Shown here in pieces: positions 38,213 through 52,484 of a stretch of 64,000 nt of DNA (positions within the stretch are counted from its first letter, which is position 1; each line of letters begins with the position of its first letter). The stretch comes from Camelus dromedarius. Lineage: Eukaryota. Below the pieces are notes generated by a model. The model saw only the letters and a program-made list of their open reading frames with translations. It was not told the origin of the DNA and made no database searches. The position numbers and the translations under genes are program-made. The stretch lies in the NCBI RefSeq assembly GCF_036321535.1, contig NC_087447.1, positions 13,640,001 through 13,704,000 of the forward strand, written 5' to 3'.

Positions 38213-40897
38213 GAAGTTACCTCCACGAGGAAATATTTTGGGTAGGGTGATCTGAAATGATAGAAAAGATTACTATATTAAGTGGATAAATTACATAATA
38301 ATTCCTTAGATATCTGAGAAGCTTGTGAGCTGCATATTGAAAAGTGAGTAGGAGTTAGTTCTGTGTAGGAGACAGGAAGAGAATTCCAGGAAAGGAGAAG
38401 AGGAAGTGCAAAGCTATGAAAATTCATTACATGAGGCTGGAGTAAAGAGGAGAAGAGCAAAGATAAAGCAGAAGATAGAATTTAGTACCACTTCATAAAG
38501 GACTATTATGGACCTTGAGGTTAACTCAGCAGGCAATGGGGGCTCATCAAGAACGTTAGTCAATTGGAAAGTAAAGTCACTTTGTATGTAGAGGCTGGAA
38601 TAGTGGAAATATATCAGAGGACAGGAAAACTATTATGAGATTGATTACCACATTGAAATATTTAGGGCAGCAAGGACGGTGTTGCTATCTCCATGACAAC
38701 TGTCTCTCTGTTGCTTTTGAATGCTTTTGTCTTTTGCCTGCAGCTTTCCTTCATCCCACTTCCTTTTCATCCTTTTTCATTATTGGTTTGCAGAACAGGA
38801 TTTTCACCTCTCTATATATTCTTTAGAGTCTTCAGAAGAGCTGTTCCTTGACACCCAGAGCTGCCTCTTATTTATGCTTCTCCTCTTAATTATCTCCTTC
38901 CTTGGTCACAAAATGACCTAGTTCCTTACCAAAGGTCCAGTTTAATCCCCTCACAACTCTTCTTTTTACTGGTACCTTCATCTCCTCCAAACATATATCA
39001 CCCAACGGGAACAGAAGTGCAAACCATCTCTCCACCCAAACTGCCCACTCAGCCTGTGACACATCCTTCTCTGCAGTCCAGCCTTCCAGCACCTCGAAGT
39101 ATCAAACGATTGTGCACTGACTGATTTGCAGACTATCTTCATCCATGCAGGACTTTCTCCAAGGTGACTGACAGCAGTGCGTATCAACACACCCCTCCTA
39201 CAGTTAGACTCCAGGGCACCCGAGACTAGGAGTCACATGACACCCACTCAGGACACAAAGCTTCCTTCTGTTAACTATGGGGACAAGCCCAGGGCATTGA
39301 AGACTACCATGAGCTACCACCGCGAGGAAATCAGACAGAATTTACGATTACAGAGACACAGAGAAGGCAGAGACCAGCCCCAAACTCCCAGATCAGCTTG
39401 GGAATTTCTCCAAGTCATTCGTGGAAGAAGCACTGCTGGTATTCTGAACTCCTGGGCTTACATCCCAGTCTCCTTAGGTGATATCTCAGTGATATCTACA
39501 AAGTTCTTTAACCTCTGAGAGACTCAAGATCCAAACTGTACCATGGAGATGAAGCCTACCTCACAGGTAGATGCCATACAGCTCCTTCCCAGCACATTCC
39601 AAGAAAAGTTAAGAGATCATCCACTGTGCTGCCTTGGAAGCCCCTCAGAGACAGGAAATCCATCTTCCCAATCCATAGACCCTTACAGTCAGTGGCCTCT
39701 CTTCTCTCAGGACATTTTTTTAATCACAGCACTTTACACACTGAATTATAATTGTGTTCTATGACCATCTGCCCCAGAAAACTGTGAACTTGCTGAGGGC
39801 AGAGGCTATATATTGCTCAACACTCCATCTCCAGTGCTAACTGAAGCACCTCTACAAAAGAGCATTCAGTGAATGAACACAGAATAAGGGAACAGTGGTT
39901 ACAGATCTTCCCTAGCCTTCTTAGCACAGTATTGGGTACATTGTGGGTGTTCATTAACTATTGAAAGAACAAAGGTCCCCAAGAGCAAAGCCCGTATCTT
40001 CTCCATCCCTGAATCCCAGTACCTAGCACTGTGCTTGCCTCAGCCAAAGACCAGACCAATGTGAAAGCACTTTGCTCAAAGCCATGGGCTTCCTGGCACT
40101 ATTCCCTTTAATCTCCAAGTAGAATTGTAATCATCACATGAAAAAGAAGTGCACGCTCACGAGACAAAACCCACGCCAGTGTTTCCATGGTTCGGCTGTT
40201 CTCACCACAGTTCCTGTCACCGTCCTGACCACAGATATGCAAATAATGCCCTGAGAACAGCCCTCAACTTGTGCAGATTTCCCAGTTGTGCAGTCCAACA
40301 GCATTAAGGCCAAGGCATCAACCAGAGCTCATACATTTCAGGAGCTGCCAGATGGAGGTCCCTGCAGCCTCAGGCTTGGGAACGGTAAGACTAGACCACT
40401 GAGTCTAGTCCACCTGATTTAAAATAAAAGAACACAATAGAATTATCTGCTACATGTTCCACAGAGAAATAAGAACTCTGGCAACTCAGCCTTGAGTTCA
40501 CTATGCTTAAGAGATACCAGGGGGAAGGCATGATGATCAAGTAGGAGAAAATTGGTCCCCAGAGAGCCATGCCTTTCCCTTTCCTAATCAGGTGAACTAC
40601 CTCATGGGAAGCAGGACCTGGATACTAACATCTCAAACTTTCTTGTAAGTAACATAACCTCAGAAATCAATAGGAAAAGTGAATTAATTTCATCCAGTGT
40701 TCACAAGTCACTTAGACTATGGGCTTATGCTCTTCCGAGGTCAATTCAATGTAGCTTTTGCTTATCATGAACTCATTGATGTGACTTTACATGAAATGAC
40801 ACCATTCAGAGGATGGGTCCAAGGAATACGGGCCATAAGTGTCAGAAAAACCAAAATAGCACTTCTCCTTGCCTTTGGTGTGGATGAGGGTATAGAA

Positions 40898-41114
40898 GAG
40901 TGGTCCTCAACCATGGGTGATATTTTGCCCCCAAGAGGCATTTGGCAATACCTGGAGACATTGTCCATTGTCCCAACCTGGGTAGACAGGAGGTGCTACT
41001 GGCATCTACTGGGTAGAGGCCAGAGATGCTGTGAAACATTCTACAGCACACAGCCCCCCACAGCAAAGATTAACTGACCCAAAATCACAACACTACTGCT
41101 ATTGAGATACACTG
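40898..41114. mobile_element. MER20 (hAT-Charlie) DNA transposon
   Basis: agtggtcctcaacc...gcccccaagaggcatttggcaatacctggagaca...tgctactggcatctactgggtagaggccagagatgctg...gagatacactg is the MER20 layout. Confidence 0.85.
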
Positions 41115-41579
41115 CTAAGGACGAAATAAAATTTGTCTGAACTGGTATTTATTAATGCTGGATGTTGGTTTCATGTGATTTTATTAATCTGCTTTGACCA
41201 CATCTGTATATTTATTATGTTTTCTCTAATGAAAATTTTTGACAAATGCCATAATGGCACTTTGTAAGATAAATGTGCTCTACACCAGTGCTACTCACAA
41301 ATGTCATTAATTCAGCCTTGATTAGAGTTGAAACAAGATGCAAAGTTTCAAATAATGATTAAAGAGAAAATTATGCTGAGGTAGTTTAAGGTTGTTTTAA
41401 ATATTTTAATGTAATTGCTTTTGAAAGTGCAACCCTGAATTAACCATTTTCCTTTACAGTGAAGAAAAACACTAGAAAGATTAGCTAATAATCATATAAA
41501 AGCACCAAATATTTAAGTAATAATAATATTAAGTGTGCATAAGTTTTGACAAATTTTGACTATTTATAAAAGATTTGTG

Positions 41580-42022
41580 TATATTTTATGTTAGTAAATG
41601 ATAAGGTAGAATAATATCCACATATATTGCATTCATGCCATATGCAATTTTTTTTTAATTTTTAGATATTTCCATCCTATGTGGTTTTCTGCTAATTTTT
41701 TTAAATTGTCACAAATTTCCAAAAATTTTAATATGTTTTATTGAAAAAAATCCACATATAAGTGGACCCACACAGTTCAAACTTATGTTCAGATGCTAAC
41801 TACTATATATAAAATAGATAAACAACAAAATCCTAGTGTATAGCACAGGGAACTAAATTCAATACCTTGTAATAACATAAAATGAAAAAGAATATGAAAA
41901 GGAGTGTATATATATATATGTGTGTGTGTGTGTGCGCTATGCACAAAAAATTAACACAACATTGTAAACTGACTATACTTCAAAAGAAAAAAGAAATCTA
42001 TGTTGTTCAAGAGTCAACTTTA
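41580..42022 (-). mobile_element. Tigger2-family terminal fragment, split by an L1 insertion
   Basis: ttgaaaaaaatccacatataagtggacccacacagttcaaac ... gttgttcaagagtcaact is the reverse of the Tigger2 terminus. Confidence 0.7.
41792..41995 (+). mobile_element. Short LINE-1 3' end
   Basis: tatataaaatagataaacaacaa...gtatagcacagggaac...acaacattgtaaactgactatacttcaaaagaaaaaag. Approximate TSD aaacttatgtt / aaatctatgtt. Confidence 0.8.
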
Positions 42023-43704
42023 TAAGCAAATTAGCATAAAATATAATGGAGACGCTGTGTTATAGATAACATCTATTTGATGAATAGTTATTGCTCAGCT
42101 CCATTGTGCCAGATACTGTGCCTGGTACACAAAAACTATTAAGCAACAGAGGCCAAAGAGCCTCAAAACAAAAGGATTGAATTGCCTCAACTGTCTGAAA
42201 ATGGAGCGTGACATTGGGATCATGGTGGCGTAAGATGTCCTCATTTTCATCCCCTCATTCATCAATAAAAATTCAGCATCCATTCATGATCAGAAGTGCT
42301 CCTATGGGAGATGTGGGATCCAACTCCATATGCCAAGGGACTTGGGAAGTGTCATCCACAGGTATGTTGGGTCATAGGCAGGACCAGCTTCAAGACAAGC
42401 TGTGGAACCTACAGGAGGCTGTGAGTGAGTTCTGACCCCTCTTGGCCTTGGCTGGAATGCCTGTGGAACACTGGCTGGGCTTGTCACCTATGGACAAGAG
42501 AACCTCTGTGGAAGTCCAGATTTTCAGATGAGAAGTTCCAGAAGTCTATTGTAGCAATACATATTCATATGATCTTGGATGCATTGGAGTATGAAGAATG
42601 AATGTCTTGACTTTGCCAGCATCACTGCCCACCAAGGTGTCAGAGCTTGGTTTCTTAAATCGCCGTCTAGTGCCATTTCCACTTACCACACGGTGGCCTC
42701 TTCTCTCAGGCCAAGTTCTCATACACAGTTCCTAATCCACAACCAAAACACAGGTGGGCTTTTATTCCCTGTAGTCCATGGTTCTCCCTCCAGCTCCAAT
42801 TTCCTCCTCTTCCCCACCCCAGCATGAGCAGGAAGAACCGCCTGCTCTACCAACCAAGCTCACCTTTGACCCCACCCGCTAAGATGGCCCCCAGAGTCGG
42901 GCAAAGTCCTGTAAACAGGAGTGGAGCCGGATAACAAGATTCCTAAATAACTACTTTCCATTCACCTCTGTGCTCAGCATTTCATTATGTAGGTGCTTGG
43001 GTTTTCTCAAAGAAGGGAGTAGAATTTCCAGATGCCAAGGTAACTCACTTCTACTACACATTAGCACTTAGTGTCTAAACTTTGAAACTTTCCCTGGCAG
43101 AGTGAATCTTCTCCAGCAACTACAGGCGCACGCTCACACAGGCGTATCCATATGTACGCCCGTACGCCCGTATACATCTGTCTCCACCTATGTGAACACT
43201 TAGGCATACATGCACGCACCATAGGTAAAACTACACACTGTCATCACTTTAGAGTAAAATGCTGTGTGAAGGCAGCCGCGGAAAGAGCACTAAACTGGCA
43301 ATTACAGGTCCTTGAACATGACTGTGTGTAATTCATCCTGCCTCTGCTTTCATTTCTCTTCAAACCTGAATAACCATATACATTCTCACGTTCTCCCGAG
43401 AACTTTTCAATGAAGGTGATTTATTCAACACAGATTAAGCTGATGCTCAAAAACTTCTAAGGTCATCGTGGCTTCCATTGTCAGTTGCTACTTCGTTGCT
43501 GCTACTCTCATAGTCAGAACCAACACGTGCATCTGTGTTTGTTAGGCATCCGATGGAACAAAAAGTCTTTCAACACTGCCATCCTCACCCAGCCCTGATC
43601 ACACTTCTGATGATTATGCCTACGTCATGAGGTTATTGTGAGGCTGAAAAGGGTTAATGCAATCAAAACACTTAGAGCAGGGTTTCCACTTCAGTTCGCA
43701 TTTA

Positions 43705-44310
43705 AGGGGCTTGGGAGTCGACACTCCATCCTAACAAGTAAAAAGCTGAACAGACTGAAAAGTCAACAGCTTTCCTTGGATGCATAAGAGAAGGGAGGAC
43801 AGTGTCCCCAAGACTGGGGAGAAGATAGGCAAATGCAGGGAGTTGCAAATTACCAGAGTAGAACGAAGAAGTGGGAACGGCTGCAGGAACCCGTGCTGTG
43901 ACTGATGCATTGCTGGAGGCTCGATGTGGACGGGTCTTGGAGTTAAAAACTCCAGGGGCACCCAGTAAGGGAACCCCCCACAATATTGTGAGATTCACCT
44001 GCAGGAGCTGGACAAGGTTCCCACAGTAAATGTCAGAGAAAAATTCCCTCGTGTTTCCAGCAGGGGGCAGAAAAGGAACCCTTTGTAAATACTCAGAACA
44101 CTAGTTCTGAACAAGGTGGGCCCTCAGGGGAAACTAGTTAACCTTAACCTAACCTGCTGTGGTATTACCAGAGACTAACTGACCTGAGGGAAAGGAAACA
44201 CCCATTTCCCACCGGCAATAACCTTTCTGTCCCAACCAAGGGTAGAGAAAACAAAACTGAGACACTCTTATGAAATTCACAGTCAAGAGGCATAGACTCA
44301 CTAAAAACAC
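43705..44310 (+). mobile_element. Old LINE-1 5' UTR fragment
   Basis: ccatcctaacaagtaaaaagctgaacagactgaaaagtcaacagc...cagagaaaaattccctcgtgtttccagcagg resembles L1M 5' ends. Confidence 0.5.
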
Positions 44311-44791
44311 TTAGAATAGTGTCTGTCATGTTAGAAGAATTCACTGAGTCAGCTTTTATCACACACTCACACATAAGCTCCATGAGTACAAGGATTTTTG
44401 TCTGCTTTTTTCCTGCTGTACCACCAGCTCCTACTTAGGAAAGGCACCAGGCTCATAGCTTCAGACCTGGACCCTGGCTTCCTTCATCCTTCCTTCCCCC
44501 ACCTTCCCAGCCAGGTTTAGTGTCTGGATCTGCCTTAGGAAAGAGAGAGGGCAGGCAGGAAGAGGGATTGGAAGTGGCAGAAAGTCCAAGACCTGTTCCT
44601 GTGGACACCTTCGCTAGCCCCACCTGGAACCTGTGGGGAGCGAGTGTCCAGGGGAGGGCACTGAGATTGGGACCATGTCTCATATACCCTTACCCCTCCT
44701 CCACCTCAGTCCTCAGTGGCCTTTATTTTTTTGTTCCCCTAACTCAGCCTCTTCCCTGAAGAAGGACTTGGTGCTTGCCTGTATTGAATAA

Positions 44792-45061
44792 NNNNNNNNN
44801 NNNNNNNNNNNNNNNNNNNNNNNNNNNNNNNNNNNNNNNNNNNNNNNNNNNNNNNNNNNNNNNNNNNNNNNNNNNNNNNNNNNNNNNNNNNNNNNNNNNN
44901 NNNNNNNNNNNNNNNNNNNNNNNNNNNNNNNNNNNNNNNNNNNNNNNNNNNNNNNNNNNNNNNNNNNNNNNNNNNNNNNNNNNNNNNNNNNNNNNNNNNN
45001 NNNNNNNNNNNNNNNNNNNNNNNNNNNNNNNNNNNNNNNNNNNNNNNNNNNNNNNNNNNNN
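44792..45061. other. Assembly gap (270 N)
   Basis: Run of N. Confidence 1.
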
Positions 45062-45194
45062 GCTAGATGATCAATAAACATTTGAGAAGTGAATAATCAA
45101 TCTGGTAATTACAAGGACTTTAGGAGAAAGGGCAGGGGAAAAGTAGGGAGTAAGAAGAGAAAAGGGAATAGAAGACATTATAAAGAAACAGAGG

Positions 45195-45750
45195 CAGCAC
45201 TATTTACAATAGGCAAGACATGAAAACAGCCTAAATGTCCATCAACAGATGACTGGATAAAGAAGATGTGGTATATTTATACAATGGAATACTATTCAGT
45301 CATAAAAAATGACAACATAACGCCATTTGCAGCAACATGGATGTCTCTGGAGAATGTCATTCTAAGTGAAATAAGCCAGAAAGAGAAAGAAAAATACCAT
45401 ATGAGATTGCTTATATGTGGAATCTAAAAAAAAAAAAAAAGAGCATAAATACAAAACAGAAACAGACTCATAGACATAGAATACAAACTTGTGGTTGCCA
45501 GGGGGGAGGGGGGTGGGAAGGGATAGATGGGGGGTTTGAAATTTGTAGAGACTGACAGGTATATGTAGAATAGATAAACAAGATTATACTGTATAGCACA
45601 GGGAAATATATACAAGATCTTGTGGTAGCTCACAGTGAAAACAAATGCAACAATGAATATATGTATGTTCATGTATAACTGAAAAATTGTGCTCTACACT
45701 GGAAATCGACACAACATTGTAAACTGACTATAACACAATTTAAAAAAAAA
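45195..45750 (+). mobile_element. Young 5'-truncated camelid-type LINE-1
   Basis: ORF2 C-terminus KQPKCPSTDDWIKKMWYIYTMEYYS...ENVILSEISQKEKEKYHM, 3' UTR and A tail. Perfect 13-bp TSD aaagaaacagagg (45182-45194 and 45751-45763). Confidence 0.92.
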
Positions 45751-46720
45751 AAAGAAACAGAGGGAGCAGCCCCCCTGAACAGCATTCTTTGACACCAGAA
45801 TTTATTAAATCCTGTAGGTCCTCTAACAACCTTCTGAAGCTGGTATTGTTACTGTCTCCATTTATAAATGTGCAAATTAAGACTCAACTAGACTAAATGA
45901 CCCATGACTGATTAATTAAGCAGGACATTTAACCCTACTCTTCTAATTCCATCCTGCACAAAGTGGCTCTTTCTAGAGCAAAACAGAGCAAAGGAGGAGA
46001 GAGAGGACTGACCCTGCTAGACGGAGTGGACGACGTGCCAAAGTGTTCTCCCTGACTCTGCTTCCCATCACCCCAGGCTGCCATCAGTCCTCGGTCCTTC
46101 AAAACTTCCTGGTCCATCCTGCCTGGTATCCATTAACTCAACTTTTGTCAAGGAGTTCTGAGGTGGTAAGAACCCTGAAAGCAGAACTTAGGGAACCAGG
46201 ATCCTAGTCCCCACCTTACTCAAGACTTCTTGGGTGACTTTGGTAAATTCTTTAATCTCACTACATTTATTTATTCATCTGCCTACTGAGAGCATGAAAT
46301 GAAGGAATATGAGTAACGTGCCTTGAATGTCGTAACAGAAAAGAGACTGAATTTCATCAAGCACCTTGTTAGCGACAATAGATGAATTATCTAGCTCTAT
46401 TATCACCTGTGTGGATGAGACACCTGAACATTCAAGAGGCGCCCTCAACCTCTTGTAATTTTCCTGAACGAGCCTTTTGTGATCCCCTTCAGGGTAGAGA
46501 TTACAACTTACTTTTATTTGTATCCAGTGGCTCACTCATTGCAGACACTCAATAAATATTTAATGACTGAAGGATTGTGAAAACATGTGGCTTATTCTTC
46601 CAAAAAGAGCTAAGAAGACAGTTGTCATTACAAACATCAGACTGGAGATGCAAAGGCTGTGTTAGATGCTACAAGATGGGACATCTCCCAGGTTCCAGGC
46701 TCGGAAGATTCCTTGGAGTG

Positions 46721-47650
46721 TCACTTCTTCCCTGAGGTCCCCTTGACCCCAAACAGTTTCCTCATGGCATTTGTCACCTCATTGTTCCTCAGCGTGTAGA
46801 TGAGAGGGTTCAGCAAAGGTGGCATGATGATGTTAAAGAGGATGACAAGTTTGTCTGCAGCCAGGGTGGTGGAGGGACGAATGTACATGAACATGGGGGG
46901 CACAAGAACCAAAAGGACCGTGATGATATGTGAGCCACATGTGGACAGAGCCTTGCGCCGGCTCTCAGATGACCGGCTTCTCAGGTTCAGTAAGATGACC
47001 ACGTAGGAGATAATAAGGACGATGAAGGACACCAAAGAAATCATGCCACTGTTGGCCACCACAATGAGCCCCACCACATAGGTGTCTGCACAGGCCAGCT
47101 TCAGCAGGGGATGGACATCACAGAAGAAGTTGTCAATCTCACTGGGCCCACAAAAGGGCAGCTGGACTGTGAGGAGGGTCTGCAGGATGGAATGCAGGAA
47201 GCCAGCCACCCAGGAGGCCCCCGCCAACAGGCCACGCTTCCCCCGATCNNNNNNNNNNNNNNNNNNNNNNNNNNNNNNNNNNNNNNNNNNNNNNNNNNNN
47301 NNNNNNNNNNNNNNNNNNNNNNNNNNNNNNNNNNNNNNNNNNNNNNNNNNNNNNNNNNNNNNNNNNNNNNNNNNNNNNNNNNNNNNNNNNNNNNNNACGA
47401 AAGTGTCCGCAATCATCTTGGGTGTGGTGGCGGATGGATAGCACATGTCGGCAAAAGACAAGTGGCTGAGGAAGAAATACATGGGAGCATTCAGGGTCTT
47501 GCTGGCATTGATGGTGATGATGACCAGAAGGTTCCCCAGGATGGTGAGCACGTGGAACAGGGAGAAGACCAGGAAGCACACGTGCTGCATCTCTCGGCTC
47601 TGGAAGAGGCCGAACAGCACAAACTCTGTCACATTGTTCTTAGTGCCCAT
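46721..47650 (-). CDS. OR4S1: Olfactory receptor OR4S1 (309 aa; 148-nt N gap over TM3-IC2)
   Basis: True ATG at 47650 (the ORF-track start is TTG). [23 protein letters not shown]...[18 protein letters not shown]...[15 protein letters not shown] matches recalled human OR4S1. Acceptor gtgtccttgcAG at 47689-47690. Confidence 0.9.
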   Translation of the reverse strand: MGTKNNVTEFVLFGLFQSREMQHVCFLVFSLFHVLTILGNLLVIITINASKTLNAPMYFFLSHLSFADMCYPSATTPKMIADTFXXXXXXXXXXXXXXXXXXXXXXXXXXXXXXXXXXXXXXXXXXXXXXXXXXDRGKRGLLAGASWVAGFLHSILQTLLTVQLPFCGPSEIDNFFCDVHPLLKLACADTYVVGLIVVANSGMISLVSFIVLIISYVVILLNLRSRSSESRRKALSTCGSHIITVLLVLVPPMFMYIRPSTTLAADKLVILFNIIMPPLLNPLIYTLRNNEVTNAMRKLFGVKGTSGKK

Positions 47651-47788
47651 GGATTCTCTGCACCGAGCACTGGACAAGGTGGTTAGCTCTGCAAGGACAC
47701 AGATTACACGAGATGAGAAAGCTTCCCAAACCCAGGAGTCAGAAAATTGTATTCAAATCTAATAATGACCCTGGTACCCTATTTAAAC

Positions 47789-48295
47789 TGAGGGAGAGGG
47801 GTTCCCCACATCTAAAAGAACTTCCCAGACACCAGTTGGGTGTCCTACAATTCAACTCAGTTCTGACTCTACCTAGAGATAGTGTCAGATCCCACAGGGT
47901 AATGGCTCAGCCCTATAAGACTGCCTCCCACTCTCAGATGCCAGTTGCAAACCTGTGTTTCTGACATAATGGTTATAGATTGGAGGTTTCAGTGACCTCC
48001 TCAGTTAATTTGCTTGAATTGCCAACAGAACTTAGAGAAAGATTTTACTTACTAAACTACTGGTTTACTACAAAAGGATATAACCCAGAAACAGCCAGGT
48101 GGAAAAGATGCACAGGGCAAAGTATGTGCAAGGATGTGGAGATTCCATGCATCTCTCTGCCCAGTCTCCACCTGTTCAACAACCTGGAAGCTCTCCAAAC
48201 CCCATCCTTTTATGGAGGCTTCATTACATAGGCATGGTTGATTAAATCATTGGCTATTGCTGAACAATTCAACTCCAGCCGCCCCCCCCCCCCAG
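47789..48295. mobile_element. MER21-like LTR
   Basis: caccagttgggtgtcctacaattcaactcagttctgac...cagatcccacagggtaatggctcag...aagactgcctcccactctcagatgccagt are MER21 hallmarks. Confidence 0.75.
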
Positions 48296-49899
48296 GTCTG
48301 TGCCAGACATGGACTTAACTCCTTGTTCATATCAGCTCAACCACCTTTGGAAATTCATTTTATTTATTCCCTCATTTTACATTGGCAGGATCTAAAACTC
48401 ACAGAATTATTTTCTCAAGGTAACACACTGCAATAACTAATGTTCATAACTCCTCTATGCCAAAGCTAAAACACAGTATGCGGGAAGTATTTTGTTATCT
48501 AGAAACGGTGAGGTTCCATGCAGTGTCTACCGTAGAACGTGTACGGTGTCAGAACAGACCAAAGACAGACCTGGGACAATAATGAAAGCACATAAAACAA
48601 ATGAATAAATAAATGAATAGATCTGAATACATAAACTAATGTCTCAAAGAAGTAATTTGGGAATAAAAGATTATAGGATTAAAAATGTATTAAATTCAAC
48701 AAATTTGTTGAGCCCCCTAAGTGTCAACAAATACTGTCACTGATCCTAAGTGCCTAGGATCATATCAAATGCTTTTACCAACAGGGCTGTTTTAAGGATA
48801 AAATAAGATTTTTCTTAACGGGGGAAGATGAGAGATGTTGACATTAGGAAGCTGGGCTTCAGACTTTCTCTTCTGTGTACGTCAATCAGTAAATTTGGAA
48901 AGCTGCCATAAATTCTACTAAACACAGCAGCAACAACAGGTAAATGCTGGATGATTATTAATGGTTCGTAATTAAAGGCAGGTTGGTAGAGTGTGGAGAC
49001 AAAGGAAAGGAAATCCCACAAGACTGAGCACTGGTTTTGATACTGTGGCTGCAAAAAAATAAAAAGTCAAATGACATTTATAAATAGCAGAACAGTAAAG
49101 AGAATCATATTTTACAAGGACTTAGATAACCTCCAGACCCTGCATTGCCAGGAAAAGTAGGGTCCTGGAAAAGGTTCACAGAAGATTGGGAGGAAGAATT
49201 GAAATGTCTGCAGCATAGATTCATTGAGGTTGGCACAAAGGGTTTACATTCAGAGGCTTCTACCACTCGTTTCTACCTCCAAATCGAGGCCCCAAAAATA
49301 CTGCTTGTCCTCAAGCAGCTGGATCTACTTCAAGATGCAATCAAAAATGAGAATAATAAGCAATGACACTACCAGAATCAGAATGAGGAAATCATTGTCA
49401 TGGACCGAGACATTCCCCAGGCTTATGAAGCATCTCCTTTTCCCAGAAATTTCCCAGCAGAAAGTATATGTATTTAACAGCAAAATTCTTCTTCTACTCC
49501 TGCTAAAATTCCAAAAATGGTTTACATTTATCCACAGTACAGAGAGGAGAGAGAGCCCTGGAAATAGCCAGCCAGTTCCTGCCCCTGAAGGAGAAGGCTA
49601 TACCCCAAAATAATATAATCATTGTACACACTCCAAAAGAGACTTTGGTAGCAGACAAATAACCTAACCATTATTTCACACAAAAAAATTCTGCCATGTT
49701 TTGTCTTTCTCTAGTCTGACAGTAAGGGTACAACATGCACATTGTTTCTATCTGATCTTTTGGCAATACTCAAAAAAAAAAAAAAAAAAAAGCCAACAAG
49801 GACATTCTGATGTAAGATAAAATGCCTGCACAGAATTGCACAGATGGCGTTCAGGCCATCATCTGAACACTGCTCGGGGAGGCAGCATCATAGTCAGCA

Positions 49900-50125
49900 A
49901 GAACCAGGCACTAGAGCCAGATGCTGTGGGACCGAATCCCACTTCCGCCACTCCAGCGCAGCGTGTCACTGGGCAGTTACTTCACCCCTCAGAAACTCAA
50001 TTTCCTCGTAGGTCAGATGGAAGTAATGATACATATCCCCTAGAATGTCATTGTGGGATAATGTAAGAGTGTCTAGGTCAGTGCTCGGCCCAGAGTCAGT
50101 GCTCAGTAAAGATCAGCTGTTATTA
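49900..50125 (+). mobile_element. MIR SINE (paralogous remnant at about 25770-25895)
   Basis: agagccagatgctgtgggaccgaatccc...ctcaatttcctcgtaggtcagatgg...gtgctcagtaaa. Confidence 0.65.
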
Positions 50126-52484
50126 GACCTCAGCGGTCGCACGTCAGACTCAGGTGGGAGATTGGTTTACAAGGGCAATGCCGTAGGATTTATTTCCAAG
50201 GTTATGTGCCATTTCCATTAATTTCAAGACATTTTTATTAGATTTCAAGTACATAAAACTTGGGATGTCAAGGCAGTTATCCACCAGCTCTTGGCGCCAA
50301 CTCCTCTAAGGATAAAGGGACAACGAGGTGCTTGGGTGGTGCAAGTCAGGATTAATTCTCTCTTCCCTTCCACTCAAGGGATTCTATTCTGACCCAGACT
50401 CTCCCAAAGAAAATCATCATCTTCACCATCATTATTATCATCATTTGTATTTTACTTTTATGGTTTGTAATATAAAATAATAAAATAATGCACGCCTTAT
50501 GTTATTTAATCCCCAAAACACTTCTATTATGCATTCACTCTTCTTATCCCCATTTTACAGATCAGGATAATTAGTCTCAGAGAGATTAACTAATTCGCCC
50601 AAGTTCATTAGAGATACTTTGGAAAGTAGAGAAAATACAATTCAAAATTAGAAATCATTACTGCTATGGTGAGTTTGTTTTGGTCGTTTTCTTTCAGTTA
50701 TGAAAACATTTTTACAAATTTGAATGAGATGTATACATAGTTTTATATTCAGCATTTTCCCTTAATACTTTTCCCCTTAAGCCTTTCCCCAAGGTGATAC
50801 TTTTCAAGAGACGTTTTCAATGGTGTGTTATGTAAAAGTACCCTAACTTATCTGACCATTTCTTTATTATGAGTTTTCATGTTACTCCCTATTTTGTACT
50901 CTAGTACATGACCTTCCTCTGTAAATATCTATACAGTTTTCCTTAAGATCAATTCCTTAGAGTGGGAAGACTGAGGTGAAGGGCATGGACATTTTTTAGG
51001 GTCGAGGGAGAATCTCATCCAGCTTGGAGACCACATCATTTGCTATTTTGGGGATTAGAGAAAAAACTAATAAAACAAGAATGGTCATTAACTCCCAGCC
51101 CAGACTGCTTTTCCCCAACCTAAACATTTTGAAACACCTTCAACTTCTCTAAAGGCTCATTTCTCTCATTTCCTCCTCTCTGGTACTCTCCAAATTCCTC
51201 ACACCATCCTTAAGCTATAAACACACCTTTGGACCCTGCAGTCTGTGAGGACCTCAGCAAGACTGAGTGGAGTGCAAAAGGGAGGTCTCACCTCCTGCAG
51301 CTCATGATGGAGCTGCTACGGGTCAGGCACAGCTCCTGGGCTTCACACATTATCCTCGTCCACACTCATCACAACCCTTGACAGTAACTGTCAACACTCT
51401 CACTTCAGAGATGAGGAAAAGGAACCTCAAAATTTCAGTGTTTAAGTGACTTGCTCAAGGTCCCCAATAGCAAACACCGTAAGAGGAATTACAACCAACT
51501 CTGGGAGACATTTGTAGACCTGACTGTCAGACAGTTCTCCCTGGTACAGTAGTGTCTTCCCACCCTCTCCCCTTGCAATGCTTGTTTGCTATACCCTCCG
51601 ACCTTCTCTAGTCGCACACGACTGAAAGATTTCAGAGAGATCAGCATTGACTTGACTGGGCTCAAAGGAGACAGCTTGACACCATGAAAAGGGCACAGGT
51701 CTGGAAGCCAAAAGACCTCGGTTTCAGCCCAATTTTGTCACTTGGTAGCTGAGTGACATCAGCCAGCTCCCTCCCTCTGCCTGGCGCTCTATTTCCCCAT
51801 CTCTGCAACATGACAGTAGGACCAAGTGCTGTGACTTTAAGCTGGAAAAGTTGAAGTCCACCCAAAAAATTAGTTTCACTGATAACGATCACCAATAGTT
51901 GATGAATTTAAAGATAACTAGAAAGCAAGTAGGCGCCCTTATGTGATCACTCATTCCTTTCACAGCTTTGCCTGAGGGTTGGTGGGGGCTGAGGTACGGG
52001 TTTTCACGTCTGTCATACCTCACGTTGTATTTGCTCTCACACCAGTTTTCAGCTACGTTCTCTGTCTTGAAAGAGAAAGGAAGTCTGTAATGCAATTTAG
52101 AAACTCCTCTACCTTAGAAGATTAAATGTAAGTAAGTCTTTTAAGAGGGTTTCAAGCTTCAGACATCTGAGGAGTCATTTACAGGAAAGACCGCCTTGTC
52201 AGTGGGCTTGGGCTTGAGGAAAGGGTGTCAAGACTGTACCTCAGTGAAATTTGCTCTAATTTCCAAAAAGTTAATGTGGTGTCAGGGACCACACACCAGG
52301 ACAGCCCATGGGAAAGGCTGGGGAACTCAGTCTGTTCTATAAACTCTGGTCCTTCCATTCTCCTGTGTCCTCAGCAGCCCCCAGCCATGGTCTGGGCATT
52401 CATATGGCAAATCTCTAAATAATAACGTGTGTGTAAAAGCACTCTATGTGTCTGAACATCTCCGTAAGTAGAAGGAACAGTAAT

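Noticed and set aside
8734-47688. Open in-frame 5' extensions between acceptor and ATG in OR4C3, OR4X2-like and OR4S1
   Set aside because: Only 12-13 codons each, which is often open by chance, and no upstream coding exon was identified, unlike the OR4C45-like case.
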